A DNA stretch of 63,727 nucleotides, counting the filler, from Octopus bimaculoides (lineage: Eukaryota), in assembly GCF_001194135.2 (NCBI RefSeq). It is 7 parts of 5 records of this genome, joined end to end, with 100 filler letters (N's around TTAATTAATTAA, not from the genome) between each part and the next. Parts side by side here need not be neighbours in the genome. Positions count along the whole stretch, not along the records: positions 1 to 14,194 come from NC_068986.1; positions 14,295 to 27,862 come from NC_068988.1; positions 27,963 to 32,842 come from NC_068991.1; 4 more parts are not named here. One strand, 5' to 3'. The notes under the pieces are model-generated. The model did not search any database. It was given only the letters and a program-made list of their open reading frames with translations, and was not told the origin of the DNA. The position numbers and the translations under genes are program-made. How positions within the stretch are numbered: position 1 is the first letter of the stretch; each line of letters starts with the position of its first letter. Positions 14,062 through 27,994 of this stretch are shown here, in pieces.

Positions 14062-15570
14062 TATACGATATATATTTTTCACACAGCATGACAACGAAGA
14101 GATTTTCTCTCAGTCAAAACCACAGCATCAAGCGTGTCGGTGTATGTATATACATACATACATACATACATATATACGAACATACATATATATANNNNNN
14201 NNNNNNNNNNNNNNNNNNNNNNNNNNNNNNNNNNNNNNTTAATTAATTAANNNNNNNNNNNNNNNNNNNNNNNNNNNNNNNNNNNNNNNNNNNNCATATA
14301 TACATATATATAATGGGCTTTCAAACAATTTCTCTCTATTAATCTTACTCGCCAAACGATGTAGAAGCGTTGAGACATTCTGAGTCAAACTGCAATTCCT
14401 GCTCCTAGGTAGAGTGGGGATAGCATACTTGTGCACTAACAGCGTGTACGGATACTCGCGTACTTACTAAAGCAAACACAGATTTGTTCTTCCAGTTCGG
14501 CATACGTTCGCAAGTACAGACCAAATACACGACGTATACGTGAAGTCAGACAGGAGTATATTCCGGCGTACAATTCAGGGTCCACCGTAGATTCAGGACG
14601 CAACGCAGAGAAGGTTCCAAGTATGATTTACTATCAATAGTAACACAGATGGGCTTGAAGTACACTACAGCTGTTTCACACAGGATTTTTATGTTCAGCA
14701 AATCGATTACAACATGTAAAACAACCATTTTATACAGGTGAAGAAGACAATATTTTTACATGATGTAATCAATTTGACCATCAATGAATATCACGTTTGA
14801 AACAGCTGTAGTAAAGCTCAACTCATCTGTGCTATTATATATATATACATATATNNNNNNNNNNNNNNNNNNNNNNNNNNNNNNNNNNNNNNNNNNNNNN
14901 NNNNNNNNNNNNNNNNNNNNNNNNNNNNNNNNNNNNNNNNNNNNNNNNNNNNNNNNNNNNNNNNNNNNNNNNNNNNNNNNNNNNNNNNNNNNNNNNNNNN
15001 NNNNNNNNNNNNNNNNNNNNNNNNNNNNNNNNNNNNNNNNNNNNNNNNNNNNNNNNNNNNNNNNNNNNNNNNNNNNNNNNNNNNNNNNNNNNNNNNNNNN
15101 NNNNNNNNNNNNNNNNNNNNNNNNNNNNNNNNNNNNNNNNNNNNNNNNNNNNNNNNNNNNNNNNNNNNNNNNNNNNNNNNNNNNNNNNNNNNNNNNNNNN
15201 NNNNNNNNNNNNNNNNNNNNNNNNNNNNNNNNNNNNNNNNNNNNNNNNNNNNNNNNNNNNNNNNNNNNNNNNNNNNNNNNNNNNNNNNNNNNNNNNNNNN
15301 NNNNNNNNNNNNNNNNNNNNNNNNNNNNNNNNNNNNNNNNNNNNNNNNNNNNNNNNNNNNNNNNNNNNNNNNNNNNNNNNNNNNNNNNNNNNNNNNNNNN
15401 NNNNNNNNNNNNNNNNNNNNNNNNNNNNNNNNNNNNNNNNNNNNNNNNNNNNNNNNNNNNNNNNNNNNNNNNNNNNNNNNNNNNNNNNNNNNNNNNNNNN
15501 NNNNNNNNNNNNNNNNNNNNNNNNNNNNNNNNNNNNNNNNNNNNNNNNNNNNNNNNNNNNNNNNNNNNNN

Positions 15571-15602
<32 letters not shown>

Positions 15603-17149
15603 GCATACATACATATATATAAATATATATATTTATATGTATGTATATAAACACATACGTACATACACATATACTTGCGCATATAAATACATCGTGCATA
15701 TATACATGCACACACAGGACACATAGGTAGCTTAGCCGTCACTCGCAAGCGTTTGCGGTCTTGGAGCTTACACCATGATTTCGCTTTGAAGTATGCATAT
15801 AGCTGTGAAACCATACTTAAGGCAGTATAATTATAACAGCTGGAAGGATAGACAGCTGCAGCACCTATAGGCTTGTTCTCAATTACTTGGAAGCAACATA
15901 AAATGAAAAACGCTCCTCAAGGATAGAATTTGCGGTCCAGTCTGCGAATCTAAAGTTTGATTTTATGATCGTGACCCGAAAATAACGACAACTAACCCAT
16001 TCGAATTCACTAAATCTTCAAACGTGTGCACAGACACGCACGTGGAAAGACATTTGTGCGTATGTGTTTATACGTGTGTATTTGCTAATCTATATATACA
16101 AAACTTATATATCGATAAATCTATCTACGCATATATACATGTTTGCGTGTACAAATAACATTTGTATAAATTTATTCACACACATATACACACACGGACA
16201 CACACACTCACACGCACACACATATATATATATATATAAATGAATGCATATTGGTATGTGTGTATATATATATGTATATATATGTATATATATATACTTA
16301 TATGAATTTCTGTGTGTGTATATANNNNNNNNNNNNNNNNNNNNNNNNNNNNNNNNNNNNNNNNNNNNNNNNNNNNNNNNNNNNNNNNNNNNNNNNNNNN
16401 NNNNNNNNNNNNNNNNNNNNNNNNNNNNNNNNNNNNNNNNNNNNNNNNNNNNNNNNNNNNNNNNNNNNNNNNNNNNNNNNNNNNNNNNNNNNNNNNNNNN
16501 NNNNNNNNNNNNNNNNNNNNNNNNNNNNNNNNNNNNNNNNNNNNNNNNNNNNNNNNNNNNNNNNNNNNNNNNNNNNNNNNNNNNNNNNNNNNNNNNNNNN
16601 NNNNNNNNNNNNNNNNNNNNNNNNNNNNNNNNNNNNNNNNNNNNNNNNNNNNNNNNNNNNNNNNNNNNNNNNNNNNNNNNNNNNNNNNNNNNNNNNNNNN
16701 NNNNNNNNNNNNNNNNNNNNNNNNNNNNNNNNNNNNNNNNNNNNNNNNNNNNNNNNNNNNNNNNNNNNNNNNNNNNNNNNNNNNNNNNNNNNNNNNNNNN
16801 NNNNNNNNNNNNNNNNNNNNNNNNNNNNNNNNNNNNNNNNNNNNNNNNNNNNNNNNNNNNNNNNNNNNNNNNNNNNNNNNNNNNNNNNNNNNNNNNNNNN
16901 NNNNNNNNNNNNNNNNNNNNNNNNNNNNNNNNNNNNNNNNNNNNNNNNNNNNNNNNNNNNNNNNNNNNNNNNNNNNNNNNNNNNNNNNNNNNNNNNNNNN
17001 NNNNNNNNNNNNNNNNNNNNNNNNNNNNNNNNNNNNNNNNNNNNNNNNNNNNNNNNNNNNNNNNNNNNNNNNNNNNNNNNNNNNNNNNNNNNNNNNNNNN
17101 NNNNNNNNNNNNNNNNNNNNNNNNNNNNNNNNNNNNNNNNNNNNNNNNT

Positions 17150-17180
<31 letters not shown>

Positions 17181-17202
17181 TAGATATGTAGATAGATAGA
17201 CT

Positions 17203-17282
<80 letters not shown>

Positions 17283-17300
17283 AATATAGATATATAGATA
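17150..17300. repeat. (ATAG)n tetranucleotide microsatellite
   Basis: Directly visible. Complementary (CTAT)n/(CT)n block at 39992-40400. Dozens of (AT)n/(CA)n/(TATG)n tracts, mostly at gap edges. Confidence 0.98.
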
Positions 17301-17944
17301 ATTATATACGTGTAAATATACATATAGATGTATATAAGTATTTATGCATATGAACAGTTTTTCTAACGTTCGACTATTCTGTCTTTGTTAAACCTCTTAT
17401 CTCTCTCTGACTCTCTAAGTGTGTGTGTCTGTATGTGAGTGTTCATTTGAAGGTGTTGTATTGAAACCCACATACATAAAGACATATTTATACGCATCAA
17501 TATATATTATATGTGCGTGTATGTCTACATATATACATACATACATGCATACATATATACATACATATATATGTATGTATGTATGTATATATATATATAT
17601 ATATATATATNNNNNNNNNNTGATTAAATAAAACAAACATTAATAGCAATAATATTAATGTAAACTGTAAAGATGAATCTAAATTGCATTGAAGAGATTT
17701 CTTTCGAGCTGAAGTAGCAAAAGCGGCTCATGTTGGAGAAAAATTTTGAGAAGGATTGAATTAGCAACGTGATTCCTGTTAAAGATAATTTTATTCGACA
17801 CATTCTTTCCATTAAATGCGTTTTAGCAATAATGGAACTTTACCGTTGCCGTTATTGTGATCATTATCAAGTTTGTCATCTTGATCTCCACTGTATCACT
17901 GTTACCATTATTATTTTCATCATCATTGTAACCATTGTCACTTT

Positions 17945-18520
17945 TATTCTCTGACTCAGCATTTTGTTGTAGTTTTGTCGCTTTGGGATTGTTAGGTATC
18001 AAGTGGCTTCTTGCAATTTTAGTTATGTAGTACCTTTCTTAAGATTTTTGCTACGCAAAGCAAACAGGATTTCTGTAAGTTCGCGAATTTCATCAACTTA
18101 TCCAAAACCATGTATTCTTCCTCCCACTGTTTCCAATGTTCCTATTTCAGTTTGGATAATTCCTACTTTATGCAGTTCCAAGGACTCTAAAATTTATATT
18201 TTACATCCTGGTATTTTTATATATTCCCAAATTCCGTAGCTATCGCTCTGGTATGAAATAGGCAGGCTCATTACTGCGGGTAACAATAACTGAGACTTAA
18301 TGATCCATTTGCTTATCGTCCTGAATTGTTCAGGTTCCATTCTAAATTTACTTGATCATACTCTTAAAACTGGTTCTGCTTCTGGTCATTACATAAAACA
18401 GGACGGTTGGTGTGATGGCAGGGCAATCACACCATTTGAAAAATATTGTTCAAGATTTTTGATAACTTGGAAAAGAAAAAATAATGTGGAGACTCCTGCA
18501 AAGTTTATGAGAAAAACGCT
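17945..18520 (-). mobile_element. Old R4/Dong-like REL endonuclease 3' fragment
   Basis: Minus frames give NRPV.., KYQDVK, KVGIIQTEIGTLETV and ANLQKSCLLCVAKILRKVL, with many stops, followed by an AAT/GAT-rich tail. Confidence 0.75.
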
Positions 18521-19689
18521 AAAGAAAGAATTCAATAACATAGGATATTAAACACCTTTATTCTTGTAGATGCTACACACAGGCGTCCCACACACCGGTC
18601 AACATTGTCTCTGTTTTGTATCCATTTCGCTATTCTTTTCCTCCCCCGTCTTCTCTCTTCTCTAGTTTGAAAAATCTTCCCTACATATTTCTGTCTGTGT
18701 CTCTTTACCTATCCGCGGCCTTTCTCTCTTTGCATTTCTTTCTCTGTCCATCTACCTACTGTCTATCCTTATTCCCATCTTTCTCCACACTCTCTCGTTT
18801 TTTCCGATAAGCTCTTTCACGACCTTCTCTACTCCTATCTGTTGGTCTCTCCTTTCAATTTTTAGTGTCACATGATCATTCAATTTTTTATCACCCATCT
18901 TTTTTCTACATGACCAGTGCCTGATTAGAACGTGTTTTTTTCATACCCTGTATAGCATTCACTTCGGAACCTCGGTTTGTTTTATCTTTTTACTTTACAT
19001 TCTATCTTTTCTTTCTTTTTGTTTTTATTCCCTTCAATCCTATCTTCTTATCCTTCTCCTGATCCCTTTCTTCTACCTTTGGGACACAAGCACCACTATT
19101 TTCTTTCTTTTTTGTTAGTTTTCGTCATATAGTGTCGCAGGTTTCGAAACATCTGCAATTTGTATTTTTACTGTTTATGTATGCTTTGCTTAGCATATCT
19201 CCGAAATTCCAAATTTTAATTTACAAAATATATTTCATATAATTTCACATATTATACGTTACTCGTTCAATTAAAATCAGAAAAGCACAAATGTATATCC
19301 TCCTGTTTTTAGTTTTCTTTTCAAAGTGTGATGAAATTTAAAGTTGTTAAATGAAAAATTATTCAAATTCTCTGTTTCATAACAATGTTCAATAAGTAAG
19401 TTTTAATAAGTTAATTAAAAATAATTAAGGAAAACCCTGCTTTTCAATTATGAAATTGTTAATCAGCTTGCATTTCTTGACATTTTCATTTATTTTCATC
19501 TGCGTGTGCTATGTCAAATCCAGACTTCTTCAGTACAGCGTCATGTCAAGAGAATGTAGGAACATCGGAGGTTGCAAACGATAAACCTATTCCAATATGT
19601 CAAGAAATGCCATAAAATCAATTTGCTTGTCCCAGAAACAATTTGTGCCTGGAAAAACATTCAGTTCTCACAAGGATGCGAAGAAACGT

Positions 19690-20020
19690 ACATGCGGCCC
19701 AGACTTGTTCAAGAATGCCCCATAGATTCATTATGATATTCTGTATGATGCAGTTATCTGCTGGTTTTGAACACCCTAATACAGAGATCAACCTCCCTTT
19801 TTCAGAGATTTGGCCTCATCTGCCGATTTGGTCCAATCGGCCGATTTGGCCCATCTGTCGATTTGGCCTCATCTGCTCAGCATAAAAAACATTTGGGTGG
19901 AAACTAGTATCGTAGTAATGATGACGTCCTATCTGCAGCTGAAAATCTTTTTGACCAATAGAATAGCTTCTTCACCAATGCAATCCAAGCACTGCAACAC
20001 AGATAACAGAAGTGTGTAGA
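19690..20020 (+). mobile_element. mariner transposase C-terminal remnant
   Basis: DLA(P)S.. then KKHLGGN*YRSNDDVLSAAENLFDQ*NSFFTNAIQALQHR*QKCVE. Confidence 0.8.
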
Positions 20021-23000
20021 AGATCTTTTCTCTTTGGCTTTAACTTTTCAATTCCTTCAATTTCGTTCCAATTGATTTCAAATTTTGTGTGTTGATATAG
20101 TTTTGCATACTAATTATGAAAATGAAAGTCATTTTTGTTATAACTTAAATAAAAAGTTAATAGCTTTTGAAGTCTGCAAAGTTTGGATAATTTTAGTCAA
20201 TCAAAAGCTAAACATCAGTTCTATCGTTAGTAGAACTGAACTGCTGTTTGTTCTTTTGTTATTTAACGTTTACGCAGCAAAATATGTATTGTTTGCATGA
20301 GCTCAACTAAATTTATTAATTCTTCCATCGTTGAATGCTTTTTCGATGCAACGTTGTCTTCACGCACAAAATGCCAGCTTCCAAATCTTGTTTTCTGATT
20401 GGATTAAAATGAGATTCCCACTCTTCAAGAAACAGATGGGCTTGTGCGAAAACTTAAAAGTTTTATTGATATTATTAAGGCGGCGAGCTGGCAGGATCAT
20501 TAGCACGAGGGACAAAATGCATCGCAGCATTTCGTCCGTCAATTATGTTTTGAGTTCAAATTCGAGCGCTCATCCTTTCGGGGTCGATAAACCAAGTTCA
20601 TTTTGGGTCGATAAAACAAGTTCCAGTTAAGTACTGGGGTCGATCTCTGTTTCGCGGTACGTTTATTTGCTCAGCACTACGTATGCTTTTAGAGAGGTGT
20701 TGTAGTTACTTAAAATTCACATAACTATGATCAAACATACATTATTTACATTTGACGAATATTTGTCCTCATATTGTTTGTGCTAACAACAAACAAGATG
20801 AGTACAAATAACCGTCAAATGTAAATAATGTAAATAATGTACATAATTCCTTATCTCTTAAATAAATAACTGTATGATCAGACATGTTTTGCCCAATAAA
20901 CTTTCATCACAATTTCTGGTCTCTTGGCCAGAGTAGCCTAATCAATTTGTATATTTAAATCTCAGACGTCGTTTGTCTCTTTATCTTCTGCTACAACAGG
21001 CGGGATTATAATCCCCTCACTTTTTATTTGTGGATCCAAACTAATAACATATGTTCCAGAACAGGAAACCTTCCACAAAATCCAACCTTTGACCTCATCG
21101 TGGTGGGAAGGTTAATCGAGTGAGTGTCAGAGATATACCGTCGGGGACTTCAAGTCCTTGGTAGAGCCACACAAGGCGGACATGTTCGACACCGACGGTG
21201 CTAGGGTTGCAACCCGGCTAACTGGAGGGTAATAGTGTATTCGAAGCAGTGTCAGTTTTGGAATCGGGCAGCTTCGTGTCAGCGATGGCTTACGTCTGCA
21301 GGCATCCTGCGGCGAGAAGGCGCAACACGAGGATCACCTGCCACCTATCGCGTATAATGGCTTATGAATACAGACGGGAACTGTTTTCGCTGATTCTGAT
21401 CATCCCTTGTAACTACTATGAAATCACACAGAGTAGTTAGAGATCAGGTGGGGTTAATGTTTCAAAGCTTTCACCTCAAAATCTACTGGAAAGATGGCAA
21501 CATTTTAAAGTAAGTTGGTTAAGTAATTAGAAGTACGTAAGCACTGACAGTGAACTGCTATAATGAAGTCCTTTGCTTCTGATTTAAGGCCAGATGCAAC
21601 CAGCCACTGTCGGATTATCCTTTATATCAATATTAGCGTCACCGTTTCATTGAGTGATTATCATGTAACACCTTACTTTCTTGTATTATACAGTTCTATG
21701 ATTCTATTTGATTTGGCTTGCACTTTTATTTGTTTTATTTTCACGGTTGCTTCTTCAGTTTCATCTATATGTATCTTAATCGCAGTGATCTTTATTTGTG
21801 TACATATTTTCTTAGCTTCTTGTGGCATTTGGAAGAGTTTTTGGTGTTTTCGCTCTTATGTGCAAGTTTAAGAATCCAGTTATGTTCTCTACTTATATAT
21901 AATATCATGCATTCCCATTTATATGGCCATGGGCCTGACATGTTTATGGATTTGTTTAGATCTCCATTTCAATGAATAGCTTATTCTTTATGATGTTTCT
22001 GTGAATATTAATTAATTGCTGTTTGTTCGATTTGTAGGTTCTCACGCTGCGGGTTAAATATGTTTGTTATTGTGATTGTTGCTGTTGTAAATATCTTCAA
22101 GTCATATTAAGGAAATGGTTTATATAATTGATCAGATGTTTTCATAATCATTGTGGTTTCATTTCATAGGTTTGTTAATAGAGCCGTCGTCAAGTTGAAG
22201 AGTAAAAAGAGATAATTTAAAGTATCTCATTGAAAGTTTCTCTTTCTTATGGTCAGGCATACTGATTCCGATCGACTTCGACTTTTGCATTTTTGTGATA
22301 TGTAGCTTTTTTCCGTCTTCAGTTAGATATCATCAATAGCGCCTTAATTTTGAATTCCTACATTTTAGTTCAGTCTTGCCATGCCTGTCGCTATGGTCTA
22401 TGAAATAATAGTAGACTATGAAGCATAATTTTACTATAGAGGCATATGAAATTCGAAATCAGGCAAGCAGTTTTATATGTATACAGCATTTTTTCGTACG
22501 GTGTCATCTGATTTCACATTTTCTCTTTACAACACAAATCATTCCATTGTCACAAAAACATGAAAATACGCATGTAAATTTCCCATAACTTTTCTCCTAC
22601 ATGAATTAATTATCTAATCGACTTATCAATGTATTCTTTTCCAAACCTTGCCTCGATGTGGCAAATTTTTATCTGAAAATGTCCATGATTTCGTATTTGA
22701 AATCTGTTACTGAGTTGCATTTTAAGATCGCGAGTGGTTGTATTACTGTTATATTGCTTCACAAACAAGATCTATCAAGAACTGTTTTCATGCCGTTATT
22801 TAGGAAATTGAACGGACATTACATATTTATCAACAATTTTTGTTTTATATTGAAGAACCCAAACATTAAATTTCCCATATTGTTAATACAATTTTAGAAT
22901 AAGCCTATAATTTATGACCTCAAAACATTTGAACTAACAATTTTCCTAAAGAGACATTTCATGACTGCAATAGCTCTGCAGGATTTATGTTTTTTACAAA

Positions 23001-24879
23001 CTCATTCAAAATTTTCTGTATTTTACATTTCCGAATCTTTCACAACTACCTCATTTAGCCGTCAGCTTTAACAGTTTTACTTTTTATGTGTCTAAACAAT
23101 TTGCCGCATTTCATAGCATTTAATAAAACATTTACCTTGTGGCAACTTTACTTCAACCAAAAATAATAGAAACCAATCATGATGCAGCATTCAGTTGTCA
23201 GCGCAGTTGTGGCCAAATCATGAGACGTTCAACAGAACCACCACGTTTTATAGAAGGCGCCCCAAAGACAGGAAATATGGCTAACATGAAATCACTCTGC
23301 TCTACCGAATACCAGAAAATATACACCAACTTCAGTCGAATTACGCATATAATTCAAGGATTATGCAAACTAATATTTTGGATAGATATTTTTCTATTCC
23401 GTGAATGCAAAACTCATCTACGGCAACGGAAAAGGAAGTTTCCTCGTAACTGATCATTTCAACATGTTAACTGTTTTAATCTTGCTTTTCTTTGTATGCC
23501 ATCGAGCAACAAGTACTTTCCTTGTATATACTCTTTTCTGTGGTGAATTAATGAATTCAAGGTTGATTTATTTCACATGTACACGTATATGTGCACGCAT
23601 GTCAATTGACATGAATGCAGACACAATACACGTGACAACTTAGTGATGCAGCTGTGTAGCAACATGTTTTTGTAGTCTTGCGTTTTCGCATGATCCTCAA
23701 TTAATCATTCATTCGAGGGCCCCATTAAGAGAAGGAAATAATACCAGATTTCCTCTCCAATGCTTTCATGTGAAAGCGTGTGGAATACCTGTATTGGCTT
23801 TTTAATCTTGAATATTAAGACGCAATTGAATATTTACACACTTGAATACAAATCTTAGCGAGTATACCTACGAAAATAGATACACCCACTGGTCATAATG
23901 GTATTGAATACAACAGTATTTAAAATTCTCACTTTTAGTATATAAGATGCGTTCAATGTGATTGCAACATCGTCTTTTAAACAGAAATTATTTTTCTACA
24001 CTTGTCGATAACAATCAATGAGTTACATACAACCCACCGGACTTTACATTGAGCTTACGTACTACGTAGCAGTCTTTTGAGATTGTTGAGTGACATCTGA
24101 TCGATCTCAATATTTCCTGTTACTAAGGCAGTGAGGTGGCAGAATTGTTAGCACTCGGGGGAAAAATCCTGTCTTTACGTTCTGAGTTCATATCCTACAG
24201 AGGTTGATTTGCTTTTCATCCTTTGGGGGTCTATAAAATAAATACAAGGTGAACTCGGGGATTGATGTAATTGACTTACTCTCTCTCCCGAAAGTACTGG
24301 TCATGTGCCAAAATTTGAAACCGATTTTTTCCCGTTAGTAATGTTTCAGCTTCTACGGATTTCGTTAATTGATGTTTTGTAGTGATTTTTTTTATTAATT
24401 ACTACTTTCTAACAAACTGATAGGGTTCGGGGTATGATGCAGCTATGCTATTTTGAGTGTGAATACTCTAATTTAGCCTTGACCCGTTTGTTGCTATGGT
24501 TTTATAAAAAAAGCTAGTCTGTTGGAAAGAACTTATCTATTGGGGCACGTAAATACCTTTTTTTTTGTTTTTTTTCTTTTTCTGATCAGTTGGATCTCTT
24601 GTCGACAGGTGATAAGTCATTCTCATTGCTTCTGACATTATATTCCGGGAAAAATCACAACCAACATGTCCAGCATGTTATCTAGAAATACGTAATATAA
24701 CGTCTCATTTTTTGACATAAGAACATATGAGCCAAGAAAAATATAGGTCATATCTAGTACTTTCCATGGATAAATAGACGTTCCCACATCAACTCGTTAA
24801 TATATTACATATGCACACATATGTACATATATATCTGTGTACGTAGGCAGTCTCGTATGAATGAATGTACGTATGCGTT

Positions 24880-24955
<76 letters not shown>

Positions 24956-25624
24956 ATGGGTGCATACGTACACACACATGCACATACATATAATATACAC
25001 CTACACACACACACATACATACATACATACATGCATGCATACATACATGCATATATTTGGATCTATTTCTGGATGCATTCATACACATATCAACATCTGA
25101 TTTATGCTTGCCATTTGTTACTAATATCAAAAGCGTCTATGTGCGTATATATACATGACTATATAAATAACGGATAAACAATATATATATATATATATAC
25201 AAATATATATATACATACATTTATGTATACATATATATATATATATAGACATACACATGTGTGTATTTTTATATGTATGCATGCATGTATGTGTGTATGT
25301 ATGAAGTAAGTATACACTGCAAGTATATGTATGTAAAATGTTTATACATATGATTGTATATTTGTAAATGTCATGTCTGAAATATAATACATTTGGAGAT
25401 TCAAAGCTAAGAAATTTAAAGTATTATTTTTTTTATTTTTTTGTAATGAAATATTGAGGTTTAGAATGACATTTTGGTATTTGTGTTCGTAGTATTGGAG
25501 GAACGTGTAAAATTCTAGATTGTTTGCAATGACAATTTTTCATTACTTCCAAAAATACATACACGTTGATATTTTTACATACCTACATACGTTTATACAT
25601 ATACGTGTTTGTATGTGTGTGTGT

Positions 25625-25662
<38 letters not shown>

Positions 25663-26678
25663 ACGCGCGCGCACATACATACAGTTGTGAATATAAGTAT
25701 ACAAAATGCATACAGATATATATATATACACCCATGCAGGTATACATATGTATACATACGTACATGCATATGTATAACTATGTATATAATGAATAAATGA
25801 ATATATACATGTACATATATATTTACATACATAAATATACGCGTGTATATATATATATTCGTGCATTACATATACAAGATGCACAAACATGCACACAATT
25901 GTGCGTATATATGCATACGCATGTGCAAGCATATTGTCGTCTGTGTCGGTGCGGAACATTTATAATGTATTGATATGAAGAGATGCAATAAATAGATATA
26001 ACCACAGTAACTTATGTAAAAGAAAATTCTAGCAGCATTTCTTGCTTGATTGATTGTTTAAACATTTATATTTTATTTGTGTTTGTATTTTATTTTCGGC
26101 CAGACGTCTTTGTGTTTTTGATCATTTTTGCGAGATTTTATTTCTTTAGTAAATTTCTAAATAAAGAATTTTTAAATTTTAGAGCTAAAATATTCAAAAA
26201 TATGTTCATCGGCAGTTTGTGAGCCCGTTACACTTCATACATCGTGCACCAAGAATGTTCAGAATTTGCAACCACTAAGTAGTATGCACAACCAAACACA
26301 GTATTGTAGATCCTGGGACTGAAATGAAAGACAAATGAAAATCCAAGTTGAGACTTAGGAGAAAATTTATACTAAAGAGCTTCTGATAAATGAATTTGGT
26401 AGTGATGTCAGTCGTTTCTCCGACTACTTCCACGATTAGTCTTTTAGTAAGCATTACTGATGCCATGATTCCAACAGAGGAAACTAGCAAGTGATAGCAA
26501 ATGAAAAAGGATAAAAGTAGTGGCCTTTAGTGCACAAATTTTCTTCCTCTTCATCCATTTAAGTAAAATCCTTATTCAATATTTTGACAAAATTTTTCGA
26601 CAGCTGACAAACTGATTTCAGGAAAATTTAGAATCCAACGGGATGACCGTCTTAAAACAAACAGTCCTCCTCCTCCTC

Positions 26679-26711
<33 letters not shown>

Positions 26712-27962
26712 TTGCTGATACTACAGTTGTAAACGCAGTATTTAATTAAAACATTTTATTACACCCAGACGCACGGTACTGTTAACAAGGGGATTTGATC
26801 TTAAGCAATATAACTAAGGTACAACAAACCAGATTTGTCCACAATCCTAACAATTCTACTACATACTACCCTTATATATACTACCCTTATATACTACCCT
26901 TATATATAATGATGGCTTCTCACGTAGAAAAAAGCCCCATCCATTTATACATCGATACAGGCGGTTCCATATCATAGATTATTTGGTCAAAATCAATAAC
27001 TAGGATTTATCATATGCAACAGAGGAAGATTTAATTCTTATCCAAAACAATCACTCCAAGGAGAATTTGAACTGATGGCAATGCAATTTAGTAAAACAAA
27101 GGAATTAACGTTATGAAAATATAAAGGAATACGCTTATTATTCATTTCTTTATTCTTTTATTTATTTATATATTATTTAATCTACCCGAATGAATTAGCA
27201 GGAATTTTGTTATAAATTTTGTTTTTCGGTTTTTAAACCAATCGAGGAAACACTATTGATGCAATTGAATTATTTCAGGAACAGCAAAGAGAAAAACAGG
27301 ATTAAGCTTCTGACACGAATTCCGAAACTTCCAATTTTTGGTATTTCCTTTTGATAATTGGTTTGGCTGGCGAAAGTCAAGGATTACACCTGTTTTCCTT
27401 CAATTTTTTTTACATTTTTATTTATTTATTTATTTTATTTATTTTTTTTTTTTGCTTTTTGTATGGTGTGATCGTATCCTTGGCAACTACTTAGAAATAT
27501 TTGAGTTTCCATCGATGTATGTTACGTTAACTCCTCAACAATCCCTTCCTCTGCTGCCACACTCACTTTGCTGCTATATGATGCCATATGTTCCCAGTGT
27601 TCTTCTTGTCAGGCAGTATTTCATTTCGCAGAGAGACTCTCCTTCCGTTTTCTTCAGCATCACTTCAGATATGTTTTTCATTGCAACACAAGTCTGACTG
27701 GTGAGAGTAGGCTGAAAGCAGATTTTTTTCTCCATAATATGACAATTTCTTTTAAATACCAATGATCCTCTAGTCCTTTAGGCTGATGAAATGTACAAAT
27801 ATAATTGCATGTTTCTATGCATATACATATTTGTGTATATATGTATGTATATATATATATATNNNNNNNNNNNNNNNNNNNNNNNNNNNNNNNNNNNNNN
27901 NNNNNNTTAATTAATTAANNNNNNNNNNNNNNNNNNNNNNNNNNNNNNNNNNNNNNNNNNNN

Positions 27963-27994
<32 letters not shown>

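Noticed and set aside
14195-14294. TTAATTAATTAA embedded in Ns, recurring at 14239, 27907, 32887, 38561, 40731 and 61892
   Set aside because: It appears as a 100-bp block (44 N + 12 + 44 N where counted) with stops in all six frames. This is an assembly gap placeholder, not a biological repeat or CRISPR-like array.
26275-26490. Minus-strand ORF with acceptor-like site
   Set aside because: No convincing donor or homology.
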